Positions 59,132-64,000 of a DNA stretch of 64,000 nt are shown here, piece by piece (positions within the stretch are counted from its first letter, which is position 1; the number at the start of each line of letters is the position of its first letter). Origin of the DNA: an uncultured Spirochaetota bacterium (lineage in GTDB: Bacteria > Spirochaetota > Spirochaetia > SZUA-6 > Fen-1364); assembly GCA_963845535.1 (NCBI GenBank), contig CAWJSK010000004.1, positions 128,001 to 192,000 of the forward strand. The letters run 5' to 3'. The notes beneath the pieces are model-generated. The model ran no database searches, was not told the DNA's origin, and saw nothing but the letters and a program-made list of their open reading frames with translations. The position numbers and the translations under genes are program-made.

Positions 59132-61255
59132 GTGTTTGTCTCAATCAAAAAGCGCAATGGCACAATAGTCCCTTTCAAGCCAGAGAAAATCACGGCGGCA
59201 ATCAATCGGGCTGGAGAGGCCACCGGTGAGTTCGCAGAGGAGGCCGCGCAGAGGCTGACGCTGCGGATCCTCAATCTGGCGCAGCAGGCTCTCCCCGGAG
59301 AGATTCCCTCCGTGGAGCAGATCCAGGACATCGTGGAGGAAGTGCTGCTTTCCTCGCAGTACAAGCGCACGGCCAAGGCGTACATCATCTACCGCGAGCA
59401 GCACGCGCGCATCAGGGAGATCGTCTCCCGCGCGGACGTGGACCTCATGGACCGCTATATCGAGCGGGAGGACTGGCAGGTCAACGAGAACTCCAACATG
59501 GCCTACTCGCTGCAGGGACTGAACAACTATGTTTCCTCGGAAGTCAGCAAAATCTACTGGCTGAACAAGATCTACCCTCCCGCCATCCGGCTCGCGCACA
59601 CCGACGGGGATTTCCACGTCCACGATTTGGGAATTCTCTCGGTCTATTGCGTCGGGTGGGACCTGGAAGACCTGCTCGTCCAAGGGTTTCTTGGCGCCCC
59701 GGGAAAAGTGGAGAGCCGCCCGGCCCGGCATCTGCGAAGCGCTTTGGGCCAGATCGTGAACTTCTTCTATACGCTCCAGGGGGAAGCGGCCGGAGCACAG
59801 GCGTTCTCGCACTTCGACACTCTCCTCGCGCCTTTCATCCGGTTTGACTCGCTACGCTATGAAGACGTGAAGCAGGCGCTGCAAGAGTTCGTCTTCAACA
59901 TCAACGTGCCCACCCGCGTCGGCTTCCAGACGCCGTTCACCAACATCACCATGGACCTCAGGGTGCCCGCGCTGCTGCGGGACAAGCCGGTGATCTTCGG
60001 GGGAAGCTACCGGGAAGAGACCTACGGTGAGTTCCAGCCGGAAATGGAGATCCTCAACCAGGCGTTCCTCGAGGTCCTGTCGGAAGGGGATGCCAAAGGT
60101 CGCGTGTTCACGTTCCCCATTCCGACCTACAACATCACGCGGGACTTCCCCTGGGACGACCCGGCGTTGGAAGTGCTGTGGCGCGTGACGGCGCGCTACG
60201 GGATCCCCTACTTCTCCAACTTCGTGAACTCCGACATGTCTCCCGATGACACGCGGTCCATGTGCTGCCGCCTGCGCCTGGACCTGCGGGGCCTGGAGAA
60301 GCGTGGAGGAGGGCTCTTCGGCGCCAACCCGTTGACCGGCTCCATCGGCGTTGTGACCATCAACATGCCCCGGCTCGGATACCTGGCGGCGGACGAAGCT
60401 GAGTTCCTCGACCGCCTCGCTGACCTGATGGACCTGGCGCGCGAGTCTCTGGAGATTAAGAGGAAAGTGCTGGAGAGGTTCACCGAGAACAATCTCTACC
60501 CCTACACGAAGCACTACCTGCATGGCATCCGTGAGCGATTCGGCCAGTATTGGAAGAACCATTTCTCCACAATCGGCCTCGTCGGCCTGAACGAAGCCTG
60601 CGCGAACCTGATGGGAACCAACATCGGGACGGAGAAAGGCCAGCTGTTCGCGCTGCGGGTCCTCGACTTCATGCGCGACAGGCTGCTCACCTACCAGGAG
60701 CTGACCGGGAACAACTACAACCTCGAGGCGACCCCGGCCGAAGGAACTTCGTACCGGCTGGCCCGTATCGACGCGGAGAAGTACCCCGGCATCCTCTCGG
60801 GCAACGGGCATCGCGCGGATGAAGGTGAGCGCACGGACGGGGGGGAAGAGACGGGCAGGCGACTCCCCTTTTACACGAACTCCTCCCAGCTTCCCGTACA
60901 GTACTCAGACGACATCTTCGAGGTCCTCGATCTGCAGGACGACCTTCAGACCAAGTACACCGGGGGAACCGTCGTCCACCTCTTCGTTGGTGAGGAGATA
61001 ACGAATCCTGACAACGTCAGGAAGCTCGTGAAGCTCATCTGCGAAAGGTACCATCTCCCCTACTTCACCGTGACTCCAACCTTCAGCATCTGCCCCGTCC
61101 ACGGCTACCTCTCGGGCCGGCAGGAGCGCTGCCCGCACTGCGGCGCATCGGCGGAGGTCTATTCCCGCGTGGTGGGATATCTTCGACCCGTCAACCAATG
61201 GAACGAGGGCAAGGCCGAGGAGTTTCGGGAGCGCAAGACCTTCAAGCTGGGATAG
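59132..61255 (+). CDS. nrdD: Anaerobic (class III) ribonucleoside-triphosphate reductase
   Basis: ATP cone (IKKRNG...F...KI), YCVGW, SMCCRL, LEATPAE, Zn site CPVHG..CPHC, glycyl-radical loop YSRVVGYLRP. Confidence 0.96.
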   Translation: MFVSIKKRNGTIVPFKPEKITAAINRAGEATGEFAEEAAQRLTLRILNLAQQALPGEIPSVEQIQDIVEEVLLSSQYKRTAKAYIIYREQHARIREIVSRADVDLMDRYIEREDWQVNENSNMAYSLQGLNNYVSSEVSKIYWLNKIYPPAIRLAHTDGDFHVHDLGILSVYCVGWDLEDLLVQGFLGAPGKVESRPARHLRSALGQIVNFFYTLQGEAAGAQAFSHFDTLLAPFIRFDSLRYEDVKQALQEFVFNINVPTRVGFQTPFTNITMDLRVPALLRDKPVIFGGSYREETYGEFQPEMEILNQAFLEVLSEGDAKGRVFTFPIPTYNITRDFPWDDPALEVLWRVTARYGIPYFSNFVNSDMSPDDTRSMCCRLRLDLRGLEKRGGGLFGANPLTGSIGVVTINMPRLGYLAADEAEFLDRLADLMDLARESLEIKRKVLERFTENNLYPYTKHYLHGIRERFGQYWKNHFSTIGLVGLNEACANLMGTNIGTEKGQLFALRVLDFMRDRLLTYQELTGNNYNLEATPAEGTSYRLARIDAEKYPGILSGNGHRADEGERTDGGEETGRRLPFYTNSSQLPVQYSDDIFEVLDLQDDLQTKYTGGTVVHLFVGEEITNPDNVRKLVKLICERYHLPYFTVTPTFSICPVHGYLSGRQERCPHCGASAEVYSRVVGYLRPVNQWNEGKAEEFRERKTFKLG

Positions 61256-61362
61256 CGGAAGACTTCAACGCCGGCCAAACAGGGGCGGCGCAGGCCACGC
61301 CGTGGCGAGCCAACGGCAGCTCGGTGCATGCGGCCTCACGTGACGCGCTTCGAGGGAGCCCC

Positions 61363-62052
61363 ATGACCATTGGCGGACTACTGAAAATCACCCTGACGGA
61401 TTTCCCCGGCCGCCTCGCCGCGGTTCTCTTCACCCGCGGGTGCAACTTCCGATGCCCATACTGCCACAACCCCGAGCTGGTCGACCCGCTTCGCTATGTC
61501 GAGCCAGTTCCTGACGGGGAGGTTTTCGCTTTCCTTGAGAGCAGGGTCGGGCGGCTGGATGGCGTCGTAGTAACCGGCGGCGAGCCAACCCTGCATCCCG
61601 ACCTGCCCGACTTCCTTCAAAGGATCAGGCGGCTCGGGTTTTTCATGAAGCTTGATACCAACGGCAGCAACCCGGATATGATCGAAGAGCTCATCGAAAC
61701 GAAGATGCTCGACTACATCGCCATCGACGTCAAATCTGCCCCTGATTCCTATGCGCGCGTGTCGGGAGCTCACGCTGACATAGACGCTGTCCGCAGATGC
61801 ATCGAGCTGGCCATATCGTCGGGCCTACCGCATGAGCTGCGCATGACCTTTGTCGAGCCGCTGATTTCCTTGGACGACATGGCAGGCGTCGCCGTGCTTG
61901 CCCGTGGCTGCAAGCGTTTCCTCGTACAACCTTTTCAACCCTCAAAGGCGCTTGATCCTGGTTTTCTGCGTCTTCAAAGGCCTTCCGTAGAGAAGCTTGA
62001 GCAGGCACGCCTGATGCTCCAATCGCTGGGCCTGCCCGCGGCTCTCAGGTAG
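61363..62052 (+). CDS. nrdG: Anaerobic RNR activating enzyme (radical SAM)
   Basis: CNFRCPYCHN, TGGEPT, KLDTNG; directly downstream of nrdD. Confidence 0.93.
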   Translation: MTIGGLLKITLTDFPGRLAAVLFTRGCNFRCPYCHNPELVDPLRYVEPVPDGEVFAFLESRVGRLDGVVVTGGEPTLHPDLPDFLQRIRRLGFFMKLDTNGSNPDMIEELIETKMLDYIAIDVKSAPDSYARVSGAHADIDAVRRCIELAISSGLPHELRMTFVEPLISLDDMAGVAVLARGCKRFLVQPFQPSKALDPGFLRLQRPSVEKLEQARLMLQSLGLPAALR

Positions 62053-62174
62053 CCTTATATCCGCTGACAGCGTACGCCGCACCAGCTACACGGTTCGCTC
62101 TGGCTCCGATAGCTGCGCCAGCTACGTCGTTCCCTCAAGCCGCAAGAGCCACGAGAGCTGCGCAGGCGGGCGAG

Positions 62175-63713
62175 CTACCCCAGGACGACCTGCTCGGCAG
62201 TCACTATGACGTTATGCAGCTCCGCTGGGGTGGTCGCGGTCTCCAGCCTGTCCTCCAGGTAATCGCTTTCGAAAATGCCGGCGATGTGAGACAGCAGGAT
62301 CTGGTGGATGCGGGGGGTATCGGCGGGAGTCAACAGCAGGAACAACAGGTTGATGTCTTCGCCGGGCACAGGCGCGGGAATGGGAGCCTTGAGCCTGGCT
62401 ACGATCACCATGGGGTCGGCCAGCCGCTTCAGACGCGCGTGAGGGATTGCCAGCCGTCTTCCGACGTAGCTGCTCCCCAGCCTTTCCCTTTCAGCCACCG
62501 AAAGCATGATGGCCTCTTTCGAGACAGGAAGCTCCGCCACCTTGATGCGCTCGAGCGCGTTTCGAGAGGCTGAGACGATGCTGCTTCCTTCAACGTCGAG
62601 GAGGGTTCGCGCCGGAGTGAGGAGGTCAGCGAGTCGGATGGGAGGCTCGATCGGGTATTCTTCCTCAATCGTGCCGATGACTTCCTCCACGGCATCCTCG
62701 AGAGTAATGATGCCGCTCCACGCGGCGTCGGCGGCGAACACGAGGGCCATGTGGCAGGCCTTGCGCTGCATTTCGGAAAGGCGCTGCTCCAGCGAGTCTT
62801 CCTCCTTGAAAAACAGGCAAGGCCGAACAAAGCTCTTGAGGTCGTCAATTGCCCGGCCGGAACGCTCAGCCAGAAACAAGTCCTTGATATGGATATACCC
62901 AAGCGGCCTTTCGGGATTCTCTCCGACCAGCGGATACCGGGAGTAACGATTCTCGGCAATGATCCTGTCAACCTCGTCGCGGCTCTGGCTCAGGCTGAGG
63001 CTTCTCACGAGCCTCCTGGCGCGCATGGCGTTTCGAACGGTGAGCGTTCCCATGTCGAGGACGTTTTCCAGATGCAGCAGCCTTCGGAACGACAACGTTC
63101 CGCTCGTCTGGGACTGGTCGAGGATGATTCGGATCTCATCCTCGCTGTGGGTTCCCTGGCCGGTGGAGGGTGGAAGCCTGAACAGGCGAAGCACACCGTT
63201 GACCGTTGAGTTGAGCGCCCAGATAGGGACAATGAATACGTACCGAAAAACAAGCATGGGGTAAGCGGTGAAGAGCGCCGCACCCTCGGTCTTCCTGATA
63301 GCCACGGATTTCGGGACGAGCTCGCCGATCACGATATGGAGAAAAGACACTATGAAGTATGCGATTGCAATGGCCAGCGTATGCGCGCTTATTCGGGCGC
63401 CAAAGGGAGAGATCCCAGCCAGGCGAAACAGCGGTTCGAGCAGGCTGGCAAACCCGGGCTCACCGACGAACCCCAGACCAATACTGGCAAGCGTGATCCC
63501 AACCTGGCACACGGACAGGTACTCATCCAGGTGAGACTGGATCCGCTCGACGAGCTTCGCGCGCCTGTTGCCTTTTTCCGCAAGCGCCTCCATCTGCGTG
63601 GGTCGCGCCTTGACTACGGCAAACTCCGCAAAGACGAAAAAAGCATTCAAAAAGAGGAGCAAGATTACCAGGATGAGATACACAAAGACGAGCATAAGGA
63701 ACCTTGGGGGCAT
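62175..63713 (-). CDS. CNNM/DUF21 (hemolysin-family) CBS protein with C-terminal PTS EIIA domain
   Basis: NAFFVFAEFA, QVGITLASIGLG, GELVPKSVA, CBS pair (YSRYPLV, GIITLED), then RERLGSSYVG..LAIPHAR. Confidence 0.88.
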   Translation of the reverse strand: MPPRFLMLVFVYLILVILLLFLNAFFVFAEFAVVKARPTQMEALAEKGNRRAKLVERIQSHLDEYLSVCQVGITLASIGLGFVGEPGFASLLEPLFRLAGISPFGARISAHTLAIAIAYFIVSFLHIVIGELVPKSVAIRKTEGAALFTAYPMLVFRYVFIVPIWALNSTVNGVLRLFRLPPSTGQGTHSEDEIRIILDQSQTSGTLSFRRLLHLENVLDMGTLTVRNAMRARRLVRSLSLSQSRDEVDRIIAENRYSRYPLVGENPERPLGYIHIKDLFLAERSGRAIDDLKSFVRPCLFFKEEDSLEQRLSEMQRKACHMALVFAADAAWSGIITLEDAVEEVIGTIEEEYPIEPPIRLADLLTPARTLLDVEGSSIVSASRNALERIKVAELPVSKEAIMLSVAERERLGSSYVGRRLAIPHARLKRLADPMVIVARLKAPIPAPVPGEDINLLFLLLTPADTPRIHQILLSHIAGIFESDYLEDRLETATTPAELHNVIVTAEQVVLG

Positions 63714-63794
63714 TCTCCGCCAGTAGTCAATTGGCTATTGGCAACCTTTTCGAAGGGCGGGCAATACGGTGTTCACCGAAGGAGTCCCATTCAA

Positions 63795-63810
63795 CGTTTC
63801 ACGTGGAACA
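63795..63810. promoter_or_regulatory. parS: parS site 1
   Basis: CGTTTCACGTGGAACA versus consensus TGTTTCACGTGAAACA. Confidence 0.85.
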
Positions 63811-63820
63811 CTGTACGGCA

Positions 63821-63840
63821 AACGTTTCACGTGAAACGTT
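63821..63840. promoter_or_regulatory. parS: parS site 2
   Basis: Perfect palindrome AACGTTTCACGTGAAACGTT. Confidence 0.88.
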
Positions 63841-63898
63841 GAGCCATCAAGCGGCGCTCATGGACCCCGGCGCGCCGCTGCTCTGGTGAGGAAGCGCC

Positions 63899-64000
63899 TC
63901 AACTTTCAGCCGGAGCGTCCCCACCGTCCTCTTCTTCTTTGACCACCCGCGCCACGCCGACCACCACGTCAGGTCTCGTGATATTGACGATCCGAACTCC
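63899..64000 (-). CDS. gyrA: 3' end of DNA gyrase subunit A (partial)
   Basis: Hand translation GVRIVNITRPDVVVGVARVVKEEEDGGDAPAES*, resembling the last pinwheel blade and acidic tail; origin context fits. Confidence 0.7.
   Translation of the reverse strand, partial: GVRIVNITRPDVVVGVARVVKEEEDGGDAPAES

Noticed and set aside
62053..62175. agctac/agctgcgc repeats between convergent nrdG and CNNM genes
   Set aside because: Low complexity with no consistent period or stable terminator.
1..64000. Mobile elements, prophage or defence systems
   Set aside because: No integrase, transposase, phage or known defence genes recognised, and no tRNA 3'-end duplication marking an island.

Overview
GC-rich bacterial chromosome segment near the replication origin, with parAB, two parS sites and the 3' end of gyrA. 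It is probably from an anaerobic Spirochaetia-like organism; this is inferred from tRNA-Arg(GCG), class III cyclases and the gene set. Positions 1-27 kb are accessory metabolism: a TPR/transglutaminase-like exported protein, an MFS transporter, wrbA/marR, a xylFGH-like sugar ABC operon with a sigma-54 promoter, a peptide ABC operon, a molybdoenzyme and a non-pyrrolysine MttB. The rest is mostly housekeeping: glnS, a one-carbon/purine cluster, gatCAB-aspS, a tRNA-Ser/Arg-ffs-dnaX-ybaB-recR operon and nrdDG. Four observations stand out. (1) A soluble histidine kinase has a whole sugar-ABC ATPase domain as its input, and its sigma-54 activator faces the sugar ABC operon, suggesting a transport-flux sensor. 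(2) GatB is fused to an asparaginase/GatD-like domain lacking the first catalytic Thr. (3) About 13 GGA-loop mini-hairpins resembling CsrA sites fill the tRNA spacers on the antisense strand. (4) A CNNM-CBS protein is fused to a PTS EIIA domain. Five single-base insertions break four genes and look like sequencing error. No CRISPR array, prophage or transposase was seen.
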